A stretch of DNA of 64,000 nucleotides, taken from Octopus bimaculoides. Taxonomy: Eukaryota. This document shows positions 50,507 through 63,873 of the stretch, one piece after another. Made by a program: the position numbers and the translations under genes. Where the stretch lies: positions 64,549,297-64,613,296 of the forward strand of contig NC_068993.1 in assembly GCF_001194135.2 (NCBI RefSeq), in the 5' to 3' direction. Every line of letters starts with the position of its first letter. Positions within the stretch are counted from its first letter, which is position 1. The notes beneath the pieces are model-generated. The model ran no database searches, was not told the DNA's origin, and saw only the letters and a list, made by a program, of their open reading frames with translations.

Positions 50507-53500
50507 ATTATTAAGGTTCATAAACAATCACTAGTTGTTGGTTGTCTATATATTTCTTTTTATTCTCCCAATTTTTCATCGAATCACGTGTCTTTATGGG
50601 CTTTGATATGACTTCGAAAATATAACAATAAACTCTTGCAAAACAAAATAATGTGTTTGGGGGGGATGGGGGTTGTGTTTGTGTTTCATTTAGTTATAAG
50701 GATTCATTAGAATCAGCACACATCAACACTTACAGCTATAGAAACGGTTAGGTACGATAGAACTCAGTTTGATAAACAAGATCAAAGTCATCAGGTGTGG
50801 GTAAGATACTGTAGATATGCAAGGACCAAATCCAATCTCAGCCATAGACCCGACTCACCAATGGCTTTTTCATGTGGTGTACGTATAAAATAAAACAAAA
50901 ACATAAATGGCGTTTAAAATTTTCGATAGTTGTTTCAGTAGGGGATGGTGGCGGTACCGCTGCTGCGATTGCTGCTGTTTAACCATAGGTCTGTCTTGGT
51001 TGAACAAAGTTTTGATTAAAAGATTTCTAGACGAGAGCAGTCCGTCTTTTTCTTGTTTGTATGGAAAACCATCGTCACATTATCCATTTTTTTCTTAAAA
51101 CGATAGAATGTGATTTGAGGAAGGTCTAATTGCTATTTCTAGCAGGTTGAATGGACACTTAGTTCTGTCTTCTTTCTTTGCTAATGTGCACTAATTGTGT
51201 CTGTGTGTAAATGTGTGGGTGTGATGTGTGCGTTTTGATTTTGTATTTTTGTTATATATTCATAAATGAATGCCTCCATCTGCAATGTTGTTCTTGTTGT
51301 TGAATTTCGGTGTAGTGTTTTTATTGTAGTTGTTCGAACGAAAAAAAAAATTGATCAACGACTTTTTGCTTGTGACTATTCAATAATTCGTTCAGACATT
51401 GTCATAGGCCGATATCATCGAAGGCATTCTAATGAGATTGCTAGAAACGACAGCTAAATGTCTGTTTTAAAAGAACATCTTTCATCTTAAAGGATTGATA
51501 ATCCTGGCCTGAACATACCGTGTGTTTTGTTCTTCTATTGGTTTCCGCTCTTGGACGATGTGACAATATTAAAGCCAGCATTTTTACTTCATGAAGACAA
51601 TTCTCTCACTCCAGTCTTGAACTAAAATTTTAAGATTTCACCGAGAGATTTGGGATTTGAAGGGGACAAATTTGTTTTGAGGTTGAAAAAATTATCGATG
51701 CTAGTTCGAACCAGTGTTGCTAGATTTAGTTTCACTTTTATTCTTTTGAAACAGTGTTAAATTTATTCAAAGCTTTTATTATTTTCCCATGAACTTTATT
51801 CCATACAAACTATATTTTTCCTATCATTTGTGGCAGGAAATGGAATGAATCTAGTGAAATATTAAGTGCGGGGTGGGGTTTAAAAGAGGAAATTTGAAAT
51901 GAAGAAAATTTATGAGTGTACTTCTGTTGGAAAGTTAAAAGAAAACTGTTTTAAAATTCTGAATTTGGGAGAGGGGAATAAAATTATAAAATGTTGTTTC
52001 TGTATTATAAATCAGTTTTGTTTGCAAGAAAAGTATAAACGACCCATATTTTGCTAAGCTCAGGTTTTAATATGGATTTTCTAAAGCCATAAATTATATT
52101 TTCAAATCTGCGTTGCAATTAGAACCTGGTGCTCCGTATAAGTGCACCAGAACAACCCGTTTGGAAACCAATGCTCAAGATTATAAGTTTTTTTATTATT
52201 ATTATTAAACCAAGCATTTATTTTGTCGAAAATTTCTTCTTTTTTAATTTTTGGAAAATGAGCGACAGAATGAAAATAAGTCTGCCTGGTGGTCGATGAA
52301 AAGATATTTACGTATAGATCTCTTCGATTAGGGTTGACATTTATCTAAGCAGAAACAACAACAGCAATTTGATGATGATGGTGTAATACATGCACACATT
52401 CTTAGAGACGCAGTAAATTCAATATTTTCTGATTTCCATCGTTACAATATATTCTTAATTCATTTCTTTCGACCCTCTTTAACCATCATGTGTGTAGATG
52501 TATGTGTGTGCGCGTGCATGCGTGTCTATGTGCGTATGTGTTTGAGTGTGCGTGCGCAGTTCTTTTCTTTCTCTTGAATATTTGATTAAGAGGTATTGAT
52601 ATGGTGAAGATTTTCCAAAGAATTTGATTCCAACTTAGATGTCTTTACTGGATTCTATAAAATTTTACAATATCACTTAATATCCTTTCGCATTTGTAAA
52701 TGCATGCATTAGACGTGCATGCTTATATACAATTATACATATATATATATATATGCATATATATTTATATATATATATAAATATAAATATGCATATATAT
52801 ATTTATACATACATACATACATATATATATATATATATGTATATGTTACATATATATATATATATATGTATATGTTACATATATATATATATATATATAN
52901 NNNNNNNNNNNNNNNNNNNNNNNNNNNNNNNNNNNNNNNNNNNNNNNNNNNNNNNNNNNNNNNNNNNNNNNNNNNNNNNNNNNNNNNNNNNNNNNNNNNN
53001 NNNNNNNNNNNNNNNNNNNNNNNNNNNNNNNNNNNNNNNNNNNNNNNNNNNNNNNNNNNNNNNNNNNNNNNNNNNNNNNNNNNNNNNNNNNNNNNNNNNN
53101 NNNNNNNNNNNNNNNNNNNNNNNNNNNNNNNNNNNNNNNNNNNNNNNNNNNNNNNNNNNNNNNNNNNNNNNNNNNNNNNNNNNNNNNNNNNNNNNNNNNN
53201 NNNNNNNNNNNNNNNNNNNNNNNNNNNNNNNNNNNNNNNNNNNNNNNNNNNNNNNNNNNNNNNNNNNNNNNNNNNNNNNNNNNNNNNNNNNNNNNNNNNN
53301 NNNNNNNNNNNNNNNNNNNNNNNNNNNNNNNNNNNNNNNNNNNNNNNNNNNNNNNNNNNNNNNNNNNNNNNNNNNNNNNNNNNNNNNNNNNNNNNNNNNN
53401 NNNNNNNNNNNNNNNNNNNNNNNNNNNNNNNNNNNNNNNNNNNNNNNNNNNNNNNNNNNNNNNNNNNNNNNNNNNNNNNNNNNNNNNNNNNNNNNNNNNN

Positions 53501-53615
53501 NNNNNNNNNNNNNNNNNNNNNNNNNNNNNNNNNNNNNNNNNNNNNNNNNNNNNNNNNNNNNNNNNNNNNNNNNNNNNNNNNNNNNNNNNNNNNNNNNNNN
53601 NNNNNNNNNNNNNNN

Positions 53616-53657
<42 letters not shown>

Positions 53658-54232
53658 TACACATGCACATGTATATTGTGTGTATGTATATATATAAATG
53701 TGTATGTGTGTAGGAATGTACGTATGCATAAGTCTAAACTGCTTGCATTTTCATTTACTCTTCTGCTAATAAGATATATTTCAGTATTTCTAGCAAATAG
53801 ACGATGCATTTGCACAGAAACACGCGCAACGTCACACACGCGTATACACACACAAACAGATATACATAATTACACATGCTTACACATACACGTGCGCATA
53901 CACTTCTTTGTACACATGCACGGTCATACACATGTCCACTTACAATTATATATACACATATGCATTTCAATGAAGACGGACACTTATGTATATATACATA
54001 CAAACATACATATATATATATATATATATGTATGTATGCTTATATGCAGACACAATGTCACTCACATGCGCACATGTGCTCACAGTTATATTCATAATAT
54101 ATTATCTCCCTTTTTTCGTTTCAATTTTCTCCAGTTTTTCGACTCACGATAAAGAAGTACTAATGAATGGGTTTTCTTTGGAATAATTCTAAAGTATTTT
54201 TGAAATCTATACGCATACAGTTACAAAGACAA

Positions 54233-54280
<48 letters not shown>

Positions 54281-54711
54281 GTCGGTAGCTGTCTGGCTAT
54301 ATATATATATATATATATATACACACAGTTACATGCATGCCTACATACATACATACATACATACAGAGACAGATAAATATATTTACATACACGTGTGCAT
54401 ACGCATACACAAACATATATTCAATTATACGCATGTCGCCAATAGCTATACAACAAACTGACAGTGCCAGATAGAACCGATGCCTTCTTAGAGCAGCTCT
54501 CAGCACCCTGGATTCAACTTTGCCTTTCAACCTTCTGAGATCGATAAAATAAATCATCAGTCAAATATTGAATCGATTTAATCGAATAACTCTTGCGCTA
54601 AAATGTCTGCTTTTGTAACTAAATTAGAGCTTCTTATTTAAGGGCGGTAGCAGATCACATAGGGTTTTTTTTTTATCACTTTTTCAGGATCTTTATATTC
54701 TGAATCAAAAT

Positions 54712-54917
54712 CGCGAGCTAGAAGAATCTTTAGCGCACAGGAAAAAAATCCTAGCGGCATTTTGTCAGACTTTATGTTCTGAGTTCAAATTCTTCAGAAA
54801 TCGACTTTGCCGTTCATTCTTTTGGGGTTGATGAAATAAGTAGTAGTGGAACGCTTTTGTCGATCTAAATGATCACTCTCCCACTACAATTTGAGGCCTT
54901 GTGCTTATAGTAGAAAT
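54712..54917 (+). mobile_element. SINE family A, diverged full length, tail type 1
   Basis: gcgagctagaagaatc...gttctgagttcaaattc...tttgaggccttgtgcttatagtagaaa. Confidence 0.85.
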
Positions 54918-54920
54918 TTT

Positions 54921-56408
54921 TTTATTATTTGACTTGGCTTCGGTCTTACTCCTGGCAAGTCTTTCAATATAATGTCTGGCCTCAGTTTGGTTGGTGAAGT
55001 TTGAATGGCAGGTCCAGGTTTTTGCAAATTACCCATTGTGAATATATTGTGCTGCTCTCTCATGCCTGTTGAAATACTCTGTAGGCGCAAGAAGACTGCA
55101 CATGGAGACAACATGATCAATGGTTTCATTTTGTTGTATACATACTCGACGTTGGGTTACTGCCGTTCTTTCATATATTGGCCTGGTAGTTTCTTATAGG
55201 AAGGCATTGATCTTGGGCTGCTATGATAAACCATTCTGCTTCTGATATTCAGTCAGAAGCAGAATGGTTTATCGATGGGTAAGAGCTTTGTCATCATCGT
55301 CATTATTAGCTGTCTTACGGTTTTTGCCATTGAGAGGTTTTTCCTGCCATTTATCAGTAAGAATATCTAAGGCAGCAGTTTTAGCACGGGTTTTCATACG
55401 CTTAGCTTTTTTTGCACTTGTTTCTAATATGTCTAATTCTGGAATTTGTTGTATTTGGAATTCACTTAGATACATTCTTTTGCCTGTTTTGTTATTGAGT
55501 ATGATTCTTTCTTATTTTCATGTTTTGAGACAAGTTTTAACATCCAGTCCTTAGAGTTTACCAGGTAGGTGTCTAGGCCAATTGTGGCAATCTTCATTGT
55601 TAATTCCAGTTGTAAAAGTCCATGGGATCCCCCTTTTCTTGGCAGATAAAGTCGTTCTATATCTGCCTTAGAGTGGTGCACTCTATGCATTGTCAACAAT
55701 TTTCGTATTTTTCTGTCAAGATTACATATTTCAGTAATTGACCAGTTAATGATATTGAAACTGTAAGACTGGTATGGCTAAATTATTGATCACTTCGATC
55801 CTGTTTCTCGCATTCAGCTCTGTCTTCAGTATTGCTCTCACCCTACGATAACATTCTCTCCTGATCCTTTCCCTCATCACTGAATGTTTGATTTTGTCCC
55901 CTTCAAATATCCCTTGGTATTTATAGCTGTCTGCTGGTTCTAACTCATTTATGACATTCTGCCGGTCAAGGTATCTTTTGCACATTTATCGAGGCCAATT
56001 GCATCCTGATGTCATCACTGAATTGTTTAATAATCGCTAGTAAGCCCTTGAGTTGTTGATCAGTTTTTGCAAAAAGCTTTAAATCATCTGCGTAAATGAG
56101 ATGATTTCTATTTTTATCAAGCATTTTATCAAACATTGAGCAATTTCGAGAGAGGTATTAAGGGTAGACAAAAGAGGTGTGGTGATAGTCACCCTGGAAA
56201 ATACCACATGAAATTCTTACATCTCCAGTATTAAGAGATTCATTGTCACTGTTCAAAGTCAGTTTGGTTCTCCATGATCTTATACTTACAGACAAGACGT
56301 TTTGCAGAGTAGGTGCTACTTTAAACATTTCCAGACATTTTAAATTCCAGCTACGTGGTAGACTATCATAAGCTTTTTTATAGTCTATCCAGGCTATTGA
56401 CAAGTTTT
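54921..56408 (-). mobile_element. R4/Dong-like LINE, 5'-truncated and internally deleted (RT, CCHC knuckle, start of RLE)
   Basis: Minus peptides SIAWIDYKKAYDSLP, CGIFQGD, YADDLKLFAK, YKYQGIFEGD, HHSKADIERLYLPRKGG..GL, IIAAQDQCLP, VC..QNETIDHVVSMC, RPDIILKD; many frameshifts. Confidence 0.92.
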
Positions 56409-56517
56409 TGTTGTTGTTGTTGTTTTTGTTGTTGTTGTTGTTGTTACTATTATTAAATTAATACATTCGATATATTTAATTGATATACTCAATGTATTTT
56501 ATTGCTTTTTTTCCAGA

Positions 56518-56590
56518 ATGTACACAACACAGTTCAAAATGACGCCATTCATAATATTGGGACTAATTCTACAAGTCTTGGGAGCTGCAG
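56518..56590 (+). CDS. Coding exon encoding a signal-peptide-like N-terminus of an unidentified secreted or membrane protein
   Basis: Strong acceptor ttttattgctttttttccAG|a-ATG; MYTTQFKMTPFIILGLILQVLGAA; donor GCAG|GTAAAA in phase 1; exon 56517-56590. Confidence 0.6.
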
Positions 56591-57489
56591 GTAAAAACAT
56601 CTAACTTTTCTTTCCTGTTATTCATAAAATCATGCGTTCCGAATATGTCTCTCTTACAACAGCAGCAGCAGCTGGCTTGTCAAATCGCAGGGACGTGGCT
56701 TTAAGAAAGTCATATCGAATCGATCAGATTAGATTTTCTGGTTTCATTTCCCAGTTGAAAACCATTCGTTATATTCTCTAGGCTTGAGCCAATGACTGGT
56801 AATATATCGAAAACTTCCTAACTAATGAACGAATGTAGGTAAGTGACCGCCACACCGAGGACCGGAGCGCTGTCTAGCATGACTGATAGTGTCCATGACA
56901 CAAGTGATTATGAGCTTGGTCACTAGGGTACCACTAACATACGGTCGCTAGCAAACATATCTGACCATATCGAGCCACTCTAACCAATGCATTTCAATCC
57001 TATATTAGCTAATATTTATGCTGTGTAGAATAGAGTTTAATACATCTCACAATCCTTTCATTAGAAAATGTCAGCAGATCTCTCTGTTTCATTCTCCCTC
57101 CCTCTCTGTTTCACTCTCTCTCTCCCTCTCTGTTTGGCGGAGACAGTGACAAGGAATTGTCGATGCAATTCAGTTTAGATTAAATTCAACATGGAGTATT
57201 TTTGTTTGAGAGCATCACATTTTCAGTTTTATCCCCGTTGTTAAGATCGACGATAAAATGGTTCATTCAAACCGAAAACCAATATCTATGTCGATGAAAA
57301 ATGTACAGACGCGCACGCGCTCGTACACACACATGCATCTACATACATATAAACATACACATATGCATGTAATGTTTGGCATGTACGTAGTGTATGCATG
57401 CTTATGTGTATGTATTATGTATGTATGTTAGTTTAGTCCCTCTCTTTCTGTCTACAAAATTCAACTGCCGATATTTTGGCTCAGCCATG

Positions 57490-57565
57490 GCTGGGTGCAG
57501 CTCAGTGGATTCGAACCTCGAACCTTGTTGTAGCCGTGTAAATTCTTAATTGCCGAGCCATGACA
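57490..57565 (-). mobile_element. tRNA-like SINE head remnant
   Basis: Minus: tggctcggcaattaag...ggttcgaggttcgaatccactgag (B box GTTCGAATCC); no tRNA cloverleaf. Confidence 0.45.
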
Positions 57566-58699
57566 GTATTTGCAGCTTGATGATAGTGAAAGTAATATGA
57601 TATTTCAGTAGATAAAGTAGCGCTTAATAGAAGAAATCCTCCGAAGACCTTTCTCAACTAGTCACCAGCTTCACATAATTAGCAGGAAATATATTTTATT
57701 AATTATTTAAATAAAGGGATGAAAGGGTGGATCCTCGCAAACTTTGTAAGATATTTCAAACTGATGAGAGCACTGAATTAAGTCTGCAAATAAAAAAAGA
57801 AAAGAAAAGCGAATGGGCAACGAGAGCAGGAGACATGTGAATCGAGTGTTTGAAAAGTGCAAGCAATACAGTTTGGTAGTTCAGACGTACAGGTAACAGT
57901 TGAAGCTAAAATAGATTTGAGTTTCAGTGTCCTTATGGACCAGAAATAGTAGCTTGAGTGGGGACTTGCCAAACACTACAGCATGTTTTCTTGATATCTA
58001 TGTATAAAGGAGATGCAAGTAAAATGTGACGTGCCAAGGCTACATGTCAATGAAGACTGAGTGAAGAAAGTTATGGATCAATAGAATGTGTGTATTGTAT
58101 ACGATAGCAAGTAAGACATTATAATATGAAAAGAAATACATGGTGTATATAATTGAAACTTGAGAGACACTAAATAAGCATAGAGCAGCAATATGTATGT
58201 CGTGATAGAAACATTATGCACGGGAGGCAGAAGTCGATGCAGCTCAGCTTGGAGATTCTCATACCAGACATACTCGACGTTTTGTTGATATCAAGGGCAA
58301 AGACACAGCACTTGCTGAAATAATGAAAATTGGAGGCTAATATGGTGTTACGTAATGTCTTGTACTATCTGACCCTACGTTCACCGAACAAGTGCTTGTT
58401 GAGAAAAGCAGCAAGTTCATATGAAATATCAAAAACTGTTTCTATCATCCTTGAAATGCTGAAAGAGCATTGAGTATCGGTATTTGGTGCAGTTGATGCC
58501 GTCAGAAACCTGGGAAATTGTTTGTTTCCGTATATCGATGCAGATAGCATAATTGAGAAGATTTAATCGATGTGGCAGTTAGTATAGGAACGCGGTTTCA
58601 CGTTGGCTCCTACTTACACCAAACTCCTTGTAGTTTTATGTATTAAAACCTATCTATTGATCTACATGTTTCTCCCCTACTCCTTCAAGCATATACTTT

Positions 58700-58734
<35 letters not shown>

Positions 58735-59033
58735 ATACGTCTGTATGCTTTTGACACACTACACTGAGCTTTTTCCTTAGCTCGACTGTTGATGACAATC
58801 GTGAATAGTGCAGTTTAGATAAAAACCTGGAGTAGACGGGCAAATTTTTATGTGATTAACATATCTAACCATATCTAATCACTCTAACCAATGTATTCTA
58901 CCAGCTAATGTTTGCACTGTGTAGTTCAGATTTGATACATCTCGGGGCCCTTTCATTGGGAAATATCTATCAATCTACCACCTTATCTCTCTCTCTCTCT
59001 CTTTCTCTCTCACTCTTTCTCTCTCATTCTCTC

Positions 59034-59085
<52 letters not shown>

Positions 59086-59140
59086 CCCCTCTCTCTCTCT
59101 CTCTCCCCTGTGTCTCTATATTTGTCTCTGTATGTATGTA

Positions 59141-60060
59141 CCGTATATATTCGAGTAATAGTCGATCTCATGCAAAAGTCGACCCCTTATTTTTGGCCAA
59201 AAACTGAGAATTTCCCATAGACCCCGTATAAAAGTCGGCCCTAATATTTCACGAACAACAAGACATTTGTGGGTCAAGGTAGCGTATTATCTTATACGTA
59301 GAAATAACCCTGTTACAAAACTGTGTGGCTACCTTACTGCAGCCTGCTCTACAGGTGAACGCTTGGTGCTTATAATGGAATGCTCGACGCTTATAGTAAA
59401 ACACCATTTAATAGCGAGCGTTACACATCTGGTGATGGGTACAACATCACCATTACTAAAATGTATGAACAGAATATGTTGCGAGCCTGCATATATCTTC
59501 AAGCGCAGTAAACCCATGCGTTATACACTCGTTGCTTTACATGAGGAGAAACGTGTTTCACAGGCAGACAGCGCTATTGGCGAACTCTGGCAAACGCCAG
59601 TCTGAATTCGTACAAAGGCATGATTTTGGTTAACTCTAAAAATATTCAATTAATCGCTAGATCAGTGGTTTCTATGTGACCTTTATATTTTCCTTATCTC
59701 CGAATACAATAAACACATGCGTCAAACCCTCGTCTGTTTACATGGTGAGAAACGTGTTTCACAGACAGTACTATCGATGAACAACGGCAAACACCACAGT
59801 ATGAATTCGTACAGAGGCATGACTTCGGTAAGCCTAAAACATATCGCTAAATCGGTGCATAGAATTGGTAATATTACTGTAATTCATTGCTTTTTCGTTT
59901 CTATTCGCTTAGAGATAAGTCGATCTTCTGCAGCTGATATGGTACTTCGGATTCTAGCAGGAATTTCACCCCCTCTAAAGTAGTATTCATGTAATATTCG
60001 ACCCCATAAATTTGATCTTGAAAAATGATCTAAAAATTTCTTTTACACGAGTATATACGG
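59141..60060. mobile_element. Non-autonomous Tc2/pogo-like DNA transposon, 920 bp
   Basis: TA|ccgtatatattcgagta ... tacacgagtatatacgg|TA: 17-bp TIR with 2 mismatches, TA duplication, CCGTA terminus as in Tc2-type elements; subterminal aagtcg(a/g)ccc repeats; no transposase ORF. Confidence 0.8.
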
Positions 60061-60139
60061 TATGTTATGTTATGTTATGCATGTATGTATGTATGTATAT
60101 TATGTACGTATGTATGTAATTTGTCTTTGAGTATAACCT

Positions 60140-60820
60140 CTTTGCATCTGAAGGCATCACTTCAATTAAATCAATGATTTTGAAAAATCAAATGAGTCTG
60201 GCCATATAGTTCGAATGGCGAATGAACGCACACATAAACAGCTGTTTTATGGCGAGCTTGCTGAGGGGAAATGCAATCGATGTAAACCTACAAAGAGGTT
60301 TAAGGGCGGCATAAGGACTGCCATGAAGTTACTTTCAATGGATCCAATGACCTTGCTGGTTTTTACGGCCTTTGGCCTATCGAGCTGGTTGGCGAACAAA
60401 AGTGTGTAGTGGACCGAAAGCTTTTGAGGAGGCCAGGATAACATATGCAAGACTCGAGAGAGATTAACAGAAGAATGTTGTGATCGGAAAGGTGAATCTC
60501 AGTGACCTTTTTTGTGTGCACAGTTTGTGACAGACCATGCCTTTCTTTTGCTGGGCTCAAATCTCATTTGTGGATCCATAAAAAACGAAGCTCTACCAAC
60601 TATTCTGCCTATATTTGTGCACACGTTTCGACACCATATATGCTATAAGTTCTGCAAATCTAACAGAGGCCTCAAAAGACATTTTAAGATCCACAAAAAT
60701 TGGAACTTAACTGCAGCTCATGGTGGTCCATATCAGATATGCAATCTATGCGGGCATCTTTTCAATGCATTTTCCGGTTTAAAAATCCACATCAGACACC
60801 ATGATGGACCTAAGGGGTAA
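60140..60820 (+). mobile_element. RTE (BovB-like) LINE 3' end with three C2H2 zinc fingers, decayed
   Basis: GHIVRMANERTHKQLFYGELAEGK...RFK; then CTVCDRPCLSFAGLKSHLWIH, (H)HICYKFCKSNRGLKRHFKIH, CNLCGHLFNAFSGLKIHIRHH, stop at 60820. Confidence 0.85.
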
Positions 60821-61954
60821 ATAGAAGTAGTAGTCAGACTGCAGAAGTAGACAACAACCATATATGTAATAGGGAGGCTAAAGACCTGTTGGCGCCGAGC
60901 ACAGGATAACTCACGTCATTCTTAGACATTTGATTATTGAATCTGGTTGAAGAAAGAGTCTATAAGAGGGAAAATTACAGTAAACATAATCTACACACTT
61001 ACATATGCCTATGTGTATTGGCGAGGGCGCGTGTATAAATAAATACTGTAAATGTTTGTATGATATGGGTTTGCGTGTATGTATGTATGTATGTATGTAT
61101 GTATGTACGTACGTATGCATGAATGTGTATATGTATGTATAAACAGAAAGACTGACTGACAAACAGATAGACAGACGGACACACAGACATACAGACAGAC
61201 ACTTGGCTCATATTGCTTCAAGTCCTATGTTTTCATATATTCAAGTCCTATGTTTCATATATTCTGCAAGTAAATGTGTGTGTTATGTTTTTCTATGTCT
61301 GTGTGCTTGCGTGTGTTCCTGCGTGCTTGCGTGTGCGCACGCACATGCGAATGAATTTCGATTTTCTTTAACAACAGCCATGGCTGGACGTAGAGCAGAG
61401 TATGACAATAGTATAAATACATGTATTATGAAGACTCTCCATTTTGGATTTCGATTTCTTTTGGGATCAACTCTTTGTCTTTAATCCTTTCAAAGACTGT
61501 AGAGCCTTTTGTTTGAAATATGTTGACACGTGACATTGAAATAGTTCTATAACGATTATAGAATGTATATAGAACTGGTTCTAATCTTATCAAAGAGTGG
61601 GAGACTGAAATAATGCGTGGAACATGTAAGGAAAGCCATTACTGGAAAAAAATATAAACCAAGTTTATTTCCTCTCGTTTAAATTTTTGCATTTAAATCT
61701 AGGAAAATATTGAATTAAGAGATGTCATACACTAGGTTATTTATGATATCGGGTTTGTGATTCATTCATGGTTGATTAAATAATCTTTTTTCTGATTCTC
61801 GAACAAATTAGGTGGTATATGAAAGCTCTTTCTCCTTGTCTCTCACCACCGGTCTCTTTCTCTCTCTCTCTACACACACATATATATATATATATATGTA
61901 TGTATGTATGTGTGTGTGTGTGTGTGTGTGTTCATTTAGCTATGATATATAAAA

Positions 61955-62090
61955 GCATATGTACGAAGTGCTTCTCCACAGTTTCCGTCAGTGAAATTTC
62001 ACTCAAATGTCTAGCCTGAGAGAAGATGTTTGTCTAAAGCGTCGTTCACTAGGTCGTTGTGAACCTTTATTCTTAACTATGCATCCATAT
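61955..62090 (-). mobile_element. SINE family B, very degenerate
   Basis: gcttctccacagtttccgtcagtgaaatttcactcaa resembles the reversed B body (gcttctttcagtttctgtctagcaaatccactcacaagg). Confidence 0.5.
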
Positions 62091-62140
62091 TTAGAGAAAA
62101 AAACAAGACAAGAGACTCATAGTCTGTATTGCTTTCTCGC

Positions 62141-62197
<57 letters not shown>

Positions 62198-62932
62198 ATA
62201 TTCAACATTCACCAAAAGAACACACATATATACCCATAGCAACATATATTTATGATTAGTTTTAGTAAACTTTAAGGCCTATTGCCAGAAGCCAAAATCT
62301 GTAGTTAAAGAAAATAATAAATGTATTACATTAACATTTTCCAACCTAAAGCAATATTGAACTGATTTCTCTGTAAAATTATTTCAGAATTTTCGAAACA
62401 GTTCCGATCCTTCCTTTTATTTCGTTTTAGTTTTAACATATTTTTAAACAAATTTCCGTTTGATATATTGCGAGTTTTAAAATATAGGCTTATCCTGACA
62501 TTTAAGTGAACGCATTTCCAACAAACCCCTCGTTCAGCTTTTCTTCCTTCAAAGTAATAGAAATGTTGATGAAAGACTTCGTTTATCAAGATGGTTTGCA
62601 TTTGATTTCATTTGTATTTTAACAATTTCATCGATAAAATATACATCGGCATCTAAAATGGAATCTAGAGTATAAAGTTAAAACTGTTAAAAACATAAAA
62701 CATAATAAATAATAATCAAAAGGAAATAAATAAATGAAGACATGCAAAACCAAAACTAAATTGAAAACCAAAGCCGAACAATACGTAAATGTTACAAATG
62801 AGAAACGAAACACAGAAATGGACGACTCTGAAATAGTAACGATTTATGTAAAAATAAATTAAATATAGATTTATTTTGTTTATTTAAGTTTGGTCATTAT
62901 TTATTTATTTATTATATCATTTCTCTCTCTCT

Positions 62933-63006
<74 letters not shown>

Positions 63007-63314
63007 TGTCTTTATTTTTGCGGGCGCACAGAAGAGATTTAAACTGTTTCTACTACTCCATACTGATATATTCTTTCCTTTTAACAATGCTATCCGCCCT
63101 CGTATTCTCCCCCACGTCCATTTTTCTCTCATTATTATTATCATTATTATTAATATTTTGTTATTGTTACTACTAATACTAATACTAACTAGTTATAGGA
63201 GATGGATGGTAAGGGAGTAGCAGGCTCAGCTCTTGTAATAATATCGTAGAAGATTTATTTTGGTTATAACTAGTCACTATTTTATGTGTGTATCTATATA
63301 ATTCACCCACCAAG

Positions 63315-63379
<65 letters not shown>

Positions 63380-63424
63380 AGATAGATAGATAGATAGATA
63401 TACATGCACATATACATAGGCACG

Positions 63425-63468
<44 letters not shown>

Positions 63469-63873
63469 CACGTATACACATTCATATATATATATATATA
63501 TATGCATACACACATATGCACATACATGTATATATATACGTATACATGGTTATATGTGTGATTCTGGGTGTATTATCCTCACATTCCTTCTTGTTCTACT
63601 ACTCCTGTTATTATTATTGCTGTTGTTATCATCATCATCGTCGTCATCGTCGTCATCACCATCATTCTATCATTGTTGTTGCTGATATTCAATGTGATCG
63701 TTCAATAATATATAAATACATCACACACTTCAAAAGCCGTTGTGGAGATCAATTCCCAGGGAGTAGAATAAGAAATAGGAACATTACCAAATCTACTTCT
63801 CAACAAACACGAAATATGTTCCACTGCAGGCGTTGCCTCCATTTTCCAGCCACCGGCTTCGTTAACTGCTTTC

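Noticed and set aside
60512-60820. Host C2H2 zinc-finger gene
   Set aside because: Contiguous with RTE ORF2 remnants and frameshifted, so it is treated as LINE-derived.
63788-63842. Possible minus-strand first coding exon MEATPAVEHISCLLRSRF with GTAATG donor
   Set aside because: No homology, lies directly against a minisatellite, and there is no supporting promoter evidence.
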